Notes under the pieces: model-generated
Databases searched by the model: none
What the model was told of the DNA's origin: nothing
What the model saw: the letters and a program-made list of their open reading frames with translations, nothing else
Translations under genes and position numbers: made by a program
Source of the DNA: an uncultured Candidatus Bathyarchaeia archaeon
GTDB lineage: Archaea; Thermoproteota; Bathyarchaeia; RBG-16-48-13; CAYPFQ01
DNA: 64,000 nucleotides
Assembly: GCA_964473665.1 (NCBI GenBank)
Contig: CAYYPV010000008.1
Location: 607 to 64,606, forward strand
Direction of reading: 5' to 3'
In this document: in pieces, positions 1 to 8,723 of the stretch
Layout of the letters: each line of letters begins with the position of its first letter
How positions within the stretch are numbered: the first letter of the stretch is position 1

Positions 1-99
1 ATACGATATTAAGCCAAAAATAGTTCTTATATGTTCTAACCATCACACAATTGTTCATCTACAAAAAACCCAAGAGGAGTTAGCTAAGTCCGCTAGCTC

Positions 100-1647
100 T
101 TAAACCGTAGGAGTATGGGGATCTGTTTTAAACGCGGATTGCTGCCTTTGCCACTGGTCTAAAGAAACAGCAAAATTCCTCTCAACATTTTTCCTGTGCA
201 ACGAATTGTATGAGCAGAATGGGATTATTCTTCCGTCAGGGAGGCCGTAGTGAATTGCGCATCTTTGTACACGTTCTAAGTCGAAGTTATATGGGTCCAT
301 AAAATGCATCATTCCTATCATTATCATTTTTTTGTGTAGGTTGCCTAGTGCTTCGTAGGATCCTTCCATAAGTATGCCGGTTACAAATGGGCGTAGCATT
401 GACCATTTTATGTGGCGTGTCCCTCCTAGTAGACGAAGTTGTGCTCTGCGTTTTCGGCCTTTCTTTACGTCCTGGTAAACTTTCTCCATTGTTTTTACGA
501 ATTTTTCTATTTCGATGTATCTGCCTATTGGAACGTATTTTCCGTTGTTTGGAAATATGTATGTCGCCATTCCGCAGTGCGGGTGTACTGTGAATTCTAC
601 GTAGCGTTTGCCTTTTAATGCGCCTATTGCCTGCGAGATTGGTGTAACGAACGGCACCGTGTAGAAGTCTGAGGTCTTTATCTGTCCGCCGGTTTGTTCT
701 TCTATTAGTTTTATGCAGTCGGGTATTGTTATGCGCATTTCTTTTCTTTTATCGTAGTCGACGCGGCCAGTTATGGATACTGGTTGAAAGTTTACTGCTC
801 GGATTATGTCAGCGTTTTCAACAGCGAATTTTATTATGTCTCCGAGTTGGTTATCATTAACGCCTTTAACTATGGTCGGAACGAGAACCATGCTGTCTAA
901 TCCCGCTTTTCTGCAGTTTTCGATAGCCTGTAATTTTGTTTTTAGAAGATCTCGTCCCCGAGTGGCGCTGTATACATTTGGGGTTACTCCGTCGAATTGA
1001 AGGTAAATTGTACTTACTCCAGCATCTAGCAGTTCTTTACAAAATTCAACACTTTCAGCCAGTCGAATCCCATTCGAGTTGACTTCAACATGGGAAAAAC
1101 CAACTTCTTTCGCCATTCTGACAAGTTCAGGCAGGTCTTCCCGAATTGTGGGTTCTCCCCCCGAAAACTGAAGCGCAGGAGGCTTAACAGGTTCATTTTT
1201 ATAAAAATTTTCAAGAACTCCGCGGATTTGCTGCTTGCTAGGTTCATACACGTATCCAGCTGCAGCCGCATTCGCGAAACAGATTGGACATCTGAGATTG
1301 CAGCGGTTAGTTATGTCAATTATAGCTAATACTGTATGCGTTTTATGGTTAGGACAAATCCCGCAGTCATATGGGCAGCCCAACACTGTTTTAGTTCTTG
1401 GGTTGTATAGTCCATCTCCTTCATGTCTAAATTTTTCCGCTCTCATGTATTCGTCATAGTCTGACCAGTAGAGGTCTTGGAAGCTTCCGTGCGTGGGACA
1501 TGTTTTCTTTATTAGGACTTGCCCGTTTTCTTTGTAGATGGTCGCTTTAATTACTGTTAAGCATTCGGGGCATATGCTTTGAGTTTCTTTAATCGTGTCC
1601 ATTTTTATCACAAATAGTAATAATTGAGTGGTTAAAACTTCGCTCAC
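100..1647 (-). CDS. Radical SAM protein with N-terminal rubredoxin-like Cys cluster; tetraether lipid synthase (Tes/GDGT-MAS)-like
   Basis: N-terminus CPEC...(x19)...CPTHG resembles a Zn/Fe ribbon. A CNLRCPIC (CxxxCxxC) radical SAM motif lies about 100 aa in. The roughly 515-aa length and domain order match the Tes family. The true start may be the internal Met at 1602 (MDTIKETQSICPEC). Confidence 0.5.
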   Translation of the reverse strand: MSEVLTTQLLLFVIKMDTIKETQSICPECLTVIKATIYKENGQVLIKKTCPTHGSFQDLYWSDYDEYMRAEKFRHEGDGLYNPRTKTVLGCPYDCGICPNHKTHTVLAIIDITNRCNLRCPICFANAAAAGYVYEPSKQQIRGVLENFYKNEPVKPPALQFSGGEPTIREDLPELVRMAKEVGFSHVEVNSNGIRLAESVEFCKELLDAGVSTIYLQFDGVTPNVYSATRGRDLLKTKLQAIENCRKAGLDSMVLVPTIVKGVNDNQLGDIIKFAVENADIIRAVNFQPVSITGRVDYDKRKEMRITIPDCIKLIEEQTGGQIKTSDFYTVPFVTPISQAIGALKGKRYVEFTVHPHCGMATYIFPNNGKYVPIGRYIEIEKFVKTMEKVYQDVKKGRKRRAQLRLLGGTRHIKWSMLRPFVTGILMEGSYEALGNLHKKMIMIGMMHFMDPYNFDLERVQRCAIHYGLPDGRIIPFCSYNSLHRKNVERNFAVSLDQWQRQQSAFKTDPHTPTV

Positions 1648-1962
1648 TTTTAATGTTTTTCGTTAACCTACGAATCCACTTTACAATAAGATTAATGTGA
1701 ATTAATAGTGTTCTAGATTAACTGAAGTTAAAGTTAGAAGTCAAATGTTCGAAGACCGAATGATTTCTGAGAAAAAAGCTGCAATGTTCCTAAGTAGATG
1801 AGATTAGGCCTAATGTTACAATTTTGCCAGACCACATTGGGTTGCTAAGTTCGGCTAAGGATATTTCGAGTCTCTGGAAAGATTCATTAAGGTTTAAGTA
1901 GCAAGAAAAAGTGGTATTTAAATCGTATTACATTAAAAATACGGAGCGTGATAGGTTTGGTT

Positions 1963-2109
1963 ATGAAATTAGTCACAGTTAAGCTCCCTGACGCTTTAAT
2001 TGACGGCTTAGATCAGCTTGTGAGAGCGGGTATGTATAACAGTAGAAGCGCGGCCATAAGGGCAGCTGTCAGGGACTTGGTTAAGAAAGAGGTATGGCGG
2101 CAGGATTAA
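1963..2109 (+). CDS. Ribbon-helix-helix (CopG/NikR-like) small DNA-binding protein, 48 aa
   Basis: Manual translation gives MKLVTVKLPDALIDGLDQLVRAGMYNSRSAAIRAAVRDLVKKEVWRQD. This has the beta-strand then two-helix RHH pattern (KLP..L...D.....G.Y.SRS..IR.A). The gene is absent from the ORF track because it is under 60 aa. Confidence 0.5.
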   Translation: MKLVTVKLPDALIDGLDQLVRAGMYNSRSAAIRAAVRDLVKKEVWRQD

Positions 2110-2172
2110 AAAACTCACGATTTTTGTTTTGTGCGTTATTTAACCCTGTTTAGAGTAACGGCTTACGTCTCT

Positions 2173-3273
2173 CTATCGTTCTCTTTTGCCTTTAATGAAT
2201 TCGTCCACCCATCTCTTTGCCACTTCGTATGGTGCCTGAACTGGCGGATGCTTGAATGCGTATGCAGATATGCTTGTTAATGGGCCTGAAATTTTCCTAT
2301 CTAGCCCTATTTTCGCGGCTCTTATTGCATCAATAACTACGCCGCCGCTGTTCGGTGAGTCCCAAACGTCTAACTTAACATCGATTGTACAAGGAGTGTC
2401 TCCGAAGTATTTGCCTTCAATGGAAATGTAACATATTTTTTTATTTTCAAGAAAATCTACAAAATCGCTCGGTCCTATATGTAGCGGAATCGTGTAGGGA
2501 ACCATTGCTTTCACGGCGCTGGTTTTACTTATTCTTTTTGAAACTAACCGTGTTTGTTCAAGCATATTTAGAAAATCGGTGTCGCCGCCTATGTTTAGTT
2601 GGTAGCTTTCACCTATTCTTACGCCGCGTTCAACCAGCATTTTAACGATTGACTTATGCAAGACAGTTGCGCCGATCTGCCCCATGACATCGTCGCCAAT
2701 TACTGGCAGTTTTGCTTTCTGAAATTTTTCCTGCCAATCTTTATCGGAAGCTATGAAAACAGGCATACAATTCAAAAATGCGCATCCGGCGTCGATTGCC
2801 TGTTGAGCGTACCAACGAGTTGCCTGTTCGCTTCCCACAGGCAAATAGTTTAAGACTACGTCAACCTCTGTTTCGCGAAGGATAGCTGCAACATCTGCTG
2901 CCCTATTTTTCTTATCGACTTTTACGATTGGTTTTACGTATTTTCCTATACTGTCCATGATCTGCCCTTGCATAACTTGGACTCCGAGTTCTGGAACTTT
3001 GCAGAAGACTCGAGTATTGTTTGGTGGACTGTAAATAGCGTCTCCGAGATCTTTTCCTACTTTTCGCGAATCAATGTCGAATGCTGCAACGAATTTTATA
3101 TCCCTGATGTGGTATTCGCCGAATTTAGTGCGTAGCAATCCTGGTACAGTTTGATTCTCCTTAGCATTCTGATAGTAGTGTACTCCTTGAATTAATGCTG
3201 AGGAACAGTTCCCCACTCCGATGATTCCAACATTTATTCCATTTTTAGCCAACTGTATCCTCTTATTTTTCAT
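2173..3273 (-). CDS. myo-inositol-1-phosphate synthase (archaeal type)
   Basis: N-terminal NAD-binding GIIGVGNCSSALIQG motif. The NYLPVGSEQATRWYAQQAIDAGCAFLNCMPVF block matches the MIPS family, and the length is about 366 aa. Confidence 0.85.
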   Translation of the reverse strand: MKNKRIQLAKNGINVGIIGVGNCSSALIQGVHYYQNAKENQTVPGLLRTKFGEYHIRDIKFVAAFDIDSRKVGKDLGDAIYSPPNNTRVFCKVPELGVQVMQGQIMDSIGKYVKPIVKVDKKNRAADVAAILRETEVDVVLNYLPVGSEQATRWYAQQAIDAGCAFLNCMPVFIASDKDWQEKFQKAKLPVIGDDVMGQIGATVLHKSIVKMLVERGVRIGESYQLNIGGDTDFLNMLEQTRLVSKRISKTSAVKAMVPYTIPLHIGPSDFVDFLENKKICYISIEGKYFGDTPCTIDVKLDVWDSPNSGGVVIDAIRAAKIGLDRKISGPLTSISAYAFKHPPVQAPYEVAKRWVDEFIKGKRER

Positions 3274-3467
3274 TGACTTGAAGGAAAATGACCTTGTTGA
3301 TAAAGTTATATTTAAATAATTTTTATCAAATTGTTTTCTGTTTATTGACTTAATTAATCCCTTAATTTATTCTAATAGCCTTCTTATCCTGTAATCCAGT
3401 AAACAGGATTAAGAAAATGAATGCTGTACAGTACCAAAGTTTGAAGAATTAAGGAGATTAAGCGGCT

Positions 3468-4160
3468 TTACGCCTTCACTATCTCTTCTGCATTCAACTT
3501 ATGTTTGCCGGTTACCATTGGTGACAGGTAGTGCAGTATAGCCATCGAGTAGACATGCAGTATTATCAATGCTACGAATAGGTAAGCGAGGAACAAGTGA
3601 AGTATTCTAGTGGCTATCATCGGGTCGTTTACGCCGAAAATTGAACCTAGCCAACCAATCCAAGTGTATAGAAAGTGGAAGCCAACTTTTGTTAGGAAGT
3701 CTGGGAAGCCCTGCATGACTCCTGTTAGACCGATAAGCAGAGTTAGGATAGCAAATCCCCAGAAATCAATCCATACGCCTGGATCAACTTTCCGTATGAA
3801 TTTTTTCTTGTCAACATCATATTTGATAGGTTCTCCTGGTCCCGACCTAAATCCTAGCCACGCCATTGTTTCCGCATAAAGATATTTGATACCCCATATG
3901 TTTGGGATTTCCCATTGGATTGCGCCGGTTATACTGAGGTAGTATATGTTTATGATTACTGCGGCAAGCCAGAATCCGCCTATCCAAACATGCAGCTCAT
4001 GTACGTTGTTGAAGAATCCGAGTACGTTTTTCCCGCCCAACTCGTATAAGCCGCTGATTTCAAAGCCGGTTATGAGCAGCAGTACCATAGCTGCGAAGTT
4101 CACCCAGTGAATAATACGTAAAGCAAGGGTATGGCGTTGGACGGTTACTCCTTCAACCAT
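3468..4160 (-). CDS. [NiFe]-hydrogenase b-type cytochrome membrane subunit (HyaC-like)
   Basis: The first predicted helix carries the RIIHWVNF His motif. Further conserved His residues lie in later hydrophobic helices (HELHVWIGG, ILHVYSMAILH). The gene sits immediately downstream of the hydrogenase large subunit. Confidence 0.75.
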   Translation of the reverse strand: MVEGVTVQRHTLALRIIHWVNFAAMVLLLITGFEISGLYELGGKNVLGFFNNVHELHVWIGGFWLAAVIINIYYLSITGAIQWEIPNIWGIKYLYAETMAWLGFRSGPGEPIKYDVDKKKFIRKVDPGVWIDFWGFAILTLLIGLTGVMQGFPDFLTKVGFHFLYTWIGWLGSIFGVNDPMIATRILHLFLAYLFVALIILHVYSMAILHYLSPMVTGKHKLNAEEIVKA

Positions 4161-4187
4161 TTTTCATCCTCTCCGCCATTTACAGCA

Positions 4188-6026
4188 CTAAAGTTTTGTT
4201 ATCAGTCTTTTTCCTTCGGGTGTTATTATGTGGACAGCGCATGCGAGGCATGGATCGAATGACCTGATGATGGCCAAGGCTAAGGAAGTATTATAACTGT
4301 CGACACCAGCGGTAACAGGTGCAGGCTCCATGTTAAGGTCTGTTAGATGATGCGGCGCCAGCGCGATTCCTAATGAGTCACCCCACTTTTGCGGTGCAGC
4401 AACACCCCACGCTGAGAGATTAACGTTTGCAGTTGGGTATATGGCGTTGGCTACGTCTGAAACTCTCAAGTTTTTAGGCAGCCATGTGGTTCCGCAGGAT
4501 AGTGCATATTCAGCTATGCCCAGTCTACCCTGGTCATCTCTTGGTGAAAAGAGCCAGGTGCCGGGTACAACGCATTGGTATCTGCTGATCTTCTTGCCGC
4601 TGATTTCCAAATAGTGTAATAATGCACCGCGTGGAGCATCCCATAATCCAAGCCCTGAACCTGTTGTGGGGACATCTACATAGTTAACAATAGGACTGTT
4701 CATGTAGGATTTTAGGGCAGCTATCCACTCGAACATTTTGTTGGCAACTGCTAAGCTGAAGAAAACTCTTCCCGCAACTCTATCAACCACTGAACCGTTA
4801 GGATTCAGTACGGTCCATGAAACACTTCCAGTTTTACCTGGAGAAACATCTAATCCGGTTGCTGGATTAATTGTGCTGAAGGCGACAGGGTCCTTCCACG
4901 TCAGTCCCCATGTGTTAATCATTCGTGCAAGCGGTCCTACTTCGTATACTTTATTGTTGTAGCGTGGAGCCTTTAACCATGAGTAAGCTGCGGGTTTTTG
5001 GGATGACTGATTTGCAGGTTGTATAGGAACTGTTTCGCCTACTGTTGGATTTAATTCACTTCCACTGCTGTACCATGAATATCCTACATCCTCTAAAACC
5101 AGAGTTGGGTCAAATAGTGTTTGCTTTGGAGCAGTATCACCGCTTTGCCAGGCACCACTCCATGCGAGTGAATTCTTTCTTCCGTTCTTAGGGTCAATCC
5201 AGTCAGCGTAATTTTGATAATCAGGGAAGCAACCGTATGATAAGAAGTTCCCGGTTCCTTGACCGATTTTGTCTAATCCAACAGATGCGCCGATAAGACT
5301 GTCTATTGCGCTGGCTATAGTGCTGTTTTGAGCAACTACTGCGTTAAAGTCGGCCTGCATGGTTGTTGCTACAAATTCCCATAGATTAACCATTCGGGCG
5401 TATGTGGCCGCTATTTTATCAAGTGTTGGTTGGGCGCTAATACCTCCTGGATATTCCGTCATATGGTGCGGAAATTTTCCTCCCCAAATTGCTACAATTT
5501 CACTGGCGAGTCTTTGGATCTGGACCGCTGCTGCGTAGCTCGATCCTAGGTTTATGCTTGATATACCAAGAGTACCGAGTGCAGGTGGCACCATTGGCGG
5601 GTATTTGGCGAGTACACCTAGTTCCGGTCCCATGAGTATGTAGAAGTGAAGTACGTGATCATACAAGTAGTATGCACCGTGTAGGATGTTTCGAATTAAA
5701 ACAGCTGCAGTTGGTAAACTGTCTTCCACGCCGAACGCTTGGTCTAGGGCTAATATGGATGTCTGACCATGTGGAGCTGGGCAGACGCCGCATATTCTCT
5801 GAGCGATCATCCATGCATCTCGCGGATCTCTTCCATTAAGGAAAATTTCGAATCCTCTGAACATTGTGCCTGTGCTGTATGCTCCTCCATTTTTACCAGT
5901 TGAGTCAACAACTTGTACTCGCTGCCATGGATTTACAGCACCTGTTCCAGATACGTTTTCCAGATTCATCTGTATCTTAAGGTGCCCCTCAATCCTAGTT
6001 ATCGGATCAATTGTTACTGTTACCAT
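4188..6026 (-). CDS. [NiFe]-hydrogenase large subunit (group 1 membrane-bound uptake type)
   Basis: N-terminal RICGVCPAPHG (RxCGxCxxxH) and C-terminal DPCLACAVH motifs are present. A C-terminal extension after the His is available for endopeptidase processing. The gene is paired with a Tat-dependent small subunit. Confidence 0.9.
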   Translation of the reverse strand: MVTVTIDPITRIEGHLKIQMNLENVSGTGAVNPWQRVQVVDSTGKNGGAYSTGTMFRGFEIFLNGRDPRDAWMIAQRICGVCPAPHGQTSILALDQAFGVEDSLPTAAVLIRNILHGAYYLYDHVLHFYILMGPELGVLAKYPPMVPPALGTLGISSINLGSSYAAAVQIQRLASEIVAIWGGKFPHHMTEYPGGISAQPTLDKIAATYARMVNLWEFVATTMQADFNAVVAQNSTIASAIDSLIGASVGLDKIGQGTGNFLSYGCFPDYQNYADWIDPKNGRKNSLAWSGAWQSGDTAPKQTLFDPTLVLEDVGYSWYSSGSELNPTVGETVPIQPANQSSQKPAAYSWLKAPRYNNKVYEVGPLARMINTWGLTWKDPVAFSTINPATGLDVSPGKTGSVSWTVLNPNGSVVDRVAGRVFFSLAVANKMFEWIAALKSYMNSPIVNYVDVPTTGSGLGLWDAPRGALLHYLEISGKKISRYQCVVPGTWLFSPRDDQGRLGIAEYALSCGTTWLPKNLRVSDVANAIYPTANVNLSAWGVAAPQKWGDSLGIALAPHHLTDLNMEPAPVTAGVDSYNTSLALAIIRSFDPCLACAVHIITPEGKRLITKL

Positions 6027-6028
6027 TT

Positions 6029-7165
6029 TTACATTTCCTCCTGCTTCGGTTTTCTTACAGTCCTAATTACTAAGTGAGCTGCAACTCCAACTGCGCTAGC
6101 GATTACTAGAGCTTCACCCCAGTCTTTAGCTGAATATCCTAATAATACTGGCAGATTTGGAAGTTCACCGTAAAGTGCGCCTTGGTTTCCCGGAATGTCG
6201 GGGAATGTTGGTTGAGCGCAGCCAATGCAAGGCGCGCCTGGCTCCACACAGTAGCTAACATGGTCATTCCACAGTCTAATAGCGCAATCTGTGTAAGTCA
6301 CTGGACCTTTGCAGCCGAGTTTGTATCGGCATCCTTCTTCTCCAGGTTTAAGCGCGAACTGCCCATGATCATAGTATGGTCGGAATGGGCACCTATTGTC
6401 ATGCATAAGATATTGATAGAATGCTTCAGGTCTACCGTATTCATCTAGAGTGGGCACAATGCCCTGAATGAGGTCAGCTAAGGTTAATATAAGGTGATCT
6501 GGATGACCTGGGCATGTGGCGCCTGCAACTATTGCTTTTCCAGCTATGCCGACATTAGTTAGACCCTGTTGATCTAGGAATTTTTGCAGCCCGATAGCGC
6601 CTGTCACGTTGTTAGCGACTGTAGAATATGAGAGGGGAGAATATTCGCCTGGCACTCCTCCAAATGAGCCGCAGTTTCCAAATGAAATTAAGACATCAGA
6701 GGAACCTAGAGTTTTTACAGCGGCTACTACAATATCCCTGAAATCTTTTCCGGCTACTGTAGTATATCCAGGATCCTGCATTGCTCCTTCAACTATTAGA
6801 ATTCGTTTTCCAGGTGTAGCGTTCGCCCAGACAGTATCCTTTAGGTACTCTAGTAATGAGCCTGATGCAGGATGTAACGTTTCTTGGTAGTCGGGCAGCC
6901 TTATGCCTAATGGTTGGTTGCCTACCATTGTAGTGTCGTTGCCGACTATTATTTCTGTGAGCAGTTGCACTACGTCTGGGTTGACTGCTTGAGCGAAAGA
7001 GACAGTACACCCACTGCACGCTGCTCCATGTAGCCAGCATATGTGCCAATAGTCAGTTGCTGCTGCTGCGAATACTTCCTTTATCTCTGGTTTGTATAGC
7101 TCGATTGTTGCTGCTGCGCCGATTACTCCTGCTAGCTTTATGAAGTCACGTCTTTTTATTTTCAT
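6029..7165 (-). CDS. [NiFe]-hydrogenase small subunit with twin-arginine signal
   Basis: N-terminus MKIKRRDFIKLAGVIGAAA carries the Tat motif RRxFxK. Multiple Cys clusters are present for Fe-S ligation. A C-terminal hydrophobic anchor helix is present. The gene is adjacent to the large subunit. Confidence 0.9.
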   Translation of the reverse strand: MKIKRRDFIKLAGVIGAAATIELYKPEIKEVFAAAATDYWHICWLHGAACSGCTVSFAQAVNPDVVQLLTEIIVGNDTTMVGNQPLGIRLPDYQETLHPASGSLLEYLKDTVWANATPGKRILIVEGAMQDPGYTTVAGKDFRDIVVAAVKTLGSSDVLISFGNCGSFGGVPGEYSPLSYSTVANNVTGAIGLQKFLDQQGLTNVGIAGKAIVAGATCPGHPDHLILTLADLIQGIVPTLDEYGRPEAFYQYLMHDNRCPFRPYYDHGQFALKPGEEGCRYKLGCKGPVTYTDCAIRLWNDHVSYCVEPGAPCIGCAQPTFPDIPGNQGALYGELPNLPVLLGYSAKDWGEALVIASAVGVAAHLVIRTVRKPKQEEM

Positions 7166-7323
7166 ACCCTATTTTTCCTCCAACAATTCTGAAAATTGGA
7201 TAACGTTTGTCATTTTTTGTCACTTTAAGGTATTTAATGCTTATCATCATTTGCAATACATCTTTTCGGATATTTAGAAAAAACATAACAATCATTAAAT
7301 TCATTTATGTGAGATACAAATCC

Positions 7324-8409
7324 ATGAAGTTAAGTGATTACCGGGATCCCGCCTTAACTAATGCGATCGCTGAGAAAATAAAAGATTTAACTTCGACAGC
7401 TCACGTTAAGTTTTGTCATATATGCGGCACTCACGAATATGCGGTTACTCATTATGGTCTGCGCACTCTTCTTCCAAGAAATCTTGAGGTAATAGCTGGG
7501 CCTGGCTGTCCAGTTTGTGTAGTCCCAGCTAGGGATATTGATGAGGCTGTTTGGCTTGCTCTTAACGGTGTAACTGTTGCAACTTTCGGCGATATGCTTC
7601 GTGTTCCGGGATCAGACATGTCTTTGGCCGATGCGAAAGCTAAGGGGGGCGATGTTCGGGTTGTTTACGGTGTTGATGAAGCAGTTAAGATGGCGTTGAA
7701 ATATCCTGAGAAAAGTTTTGTGTTTTTCGCTGTCGGTTTCGAAACTACCGTTCCAGCTAATGCTGCTGAAATATTAAGTGGCCCTCCGAAGAACTTGAGT
7801 TTTCTTGTTTCACATAGATTGATTCCTCCTGCTATGGAGCTTCTTCTTGGTGTAGGCGACCTTAAAATCGACGGCTTCATCTGCCCTGGACATGTTGCAA
7901 CGGTAATCGGCGTTAAGGCGTTCAGAATGTTTCCTGAAGTTTACAGTATGCCTACAGTGATAGCTGGCTTCGAACCTGTGGACGTGATGATTAGTCTTTA
8001 CATGTTGATGAAACAGTTGAAGGAGAACTCAGCCCGTGTTGACAATGAGTACACCCGTTCAGTAACTGAGGAAGGGAATGTTAAGGCTCAGAAAATTATT
8101 GAAGAAGTCTTTGAAGTTGATGGGGGTAATTGGAGAGGAATTGGAAGAGTACCGTCTTCAGCGTATAAATTGAAGGGTGAATATGCTAATTACGATGCCA
8201 GAGTAATATATGACATTAAAGTAGGTCCAGCGAAAGACATCCAGCCGGGCTGCAGCTGCCATTTAGTGATTATTGGAAAAATAAAGCCTAATGAATGCAC
8301 GATGTTCATGAAGACCTGCACGCCTGAAAATCCATATGGACCTTGCATGGTTTCGCATGAGGGTACTTGTCGTATATGGGCGGAACATGGTGAATATCAA
8401 ACTCTTTAG
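7324..8409 (+). CDS. hypD: Hydrogenase maturation factor HypD
   Basis: CGxH-type motifs (CHICGTHE, CPVCVVP, FAVGFETT, CPGHVA) are present. The ORF track begins at 7207, but the family-typical start is MKLSDYRDPAL at 7324. The gene is divergent from the hydrogenase structural operon. Confidence 0.85.
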   Translation: MKLSDYRDPALTNAIAEKIKDLTSTAHVKFCHICGTHEYAVTHYGLRTLLPRNLEVIAGPGCPVCVVPARDIDEAVWLALNGVTVATFGDMLRVPGSDMSLADAKAKGGDVRVVYGVDEAVKMALKYPEKSFVFFAVGFETTVPANAAEILSGPPKNLSFLVSHRLIPPAMELLLGVGDLKIDGFICPGHVATVIGVKAFRMFPEVYSMPTVIAGFEPVDVMISLYMLMKQLKENSARVDNEYTRSVTEEGNVKAQKIIEEVFEVDGGNWRGIGRVPSSAYKLKGEYANYDARVIYDIKVGPAKDIQPGCSCHLVIIGKIKPNECTMFMKTCTPENPYGPCMVSHEGTCRIWAEHGEYQTL

Positions 8410-8516
8410 AAGCATTCCTTGGAGTTTACTGAAATGTTTAGGTGCATAAATTCGCTGGGTAAATGAACATAAATTTAAGGATAATTAAATTAAATTTAAA
8501 TTGAATTTCCATATTA

Positions 8517-8723
8517 ATGCCTAAAGGCGAATTTATGAGTGCTGAATTAAAAATTGCTGTCGACTCAATGAAATGTATTCCCTGCGGTGTTTGCGTTCTC
8601 ATATGCCCTAAAGATGCGCTTATGATCAATGAGCGGGGAGTTGAGCAGATTAAGGGTTGCAACGGTTGTGAGCTCTGCGTTAAATATTGTCCGCTTGTTG
8701 CGATTGAGGTGAAGAAAGAGTAA
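8517..8723 (+). CDS. 2x[4Fe-4S] ferredoxin
   Basis: Two CxxCxxCxxxCP motifs are present (CIPCGVCVLICP and CNGCELCVKYCP) in a 68-aa protein. Confidence 0.8.
   Translation: MPKGEFMSAELKIAVDSMKCIPCGVCVLICPKDALMINERGVEQIKGCNGCELCVKYCPLVAIEVKKE

Noticed and set aside
387-1459. Several 60-110-aa ORFs inside and antisense to large genes (e.g. 387-593, 806-1000, 1026-1271, 2385-2853, 14210-14542, 51656-52204)
   Set aside because: These are shadow ORFs fully overlapped by well-supported longer genes with clear family motifs.
7207-7323. N-terminal extension of the hypD ORF (MSFFVTLRYL...)
   Set aside because: The extension lies in the AT-rich divergent promoter region. The family-typical HypD start MKLSDYRDPAL is at 7324.
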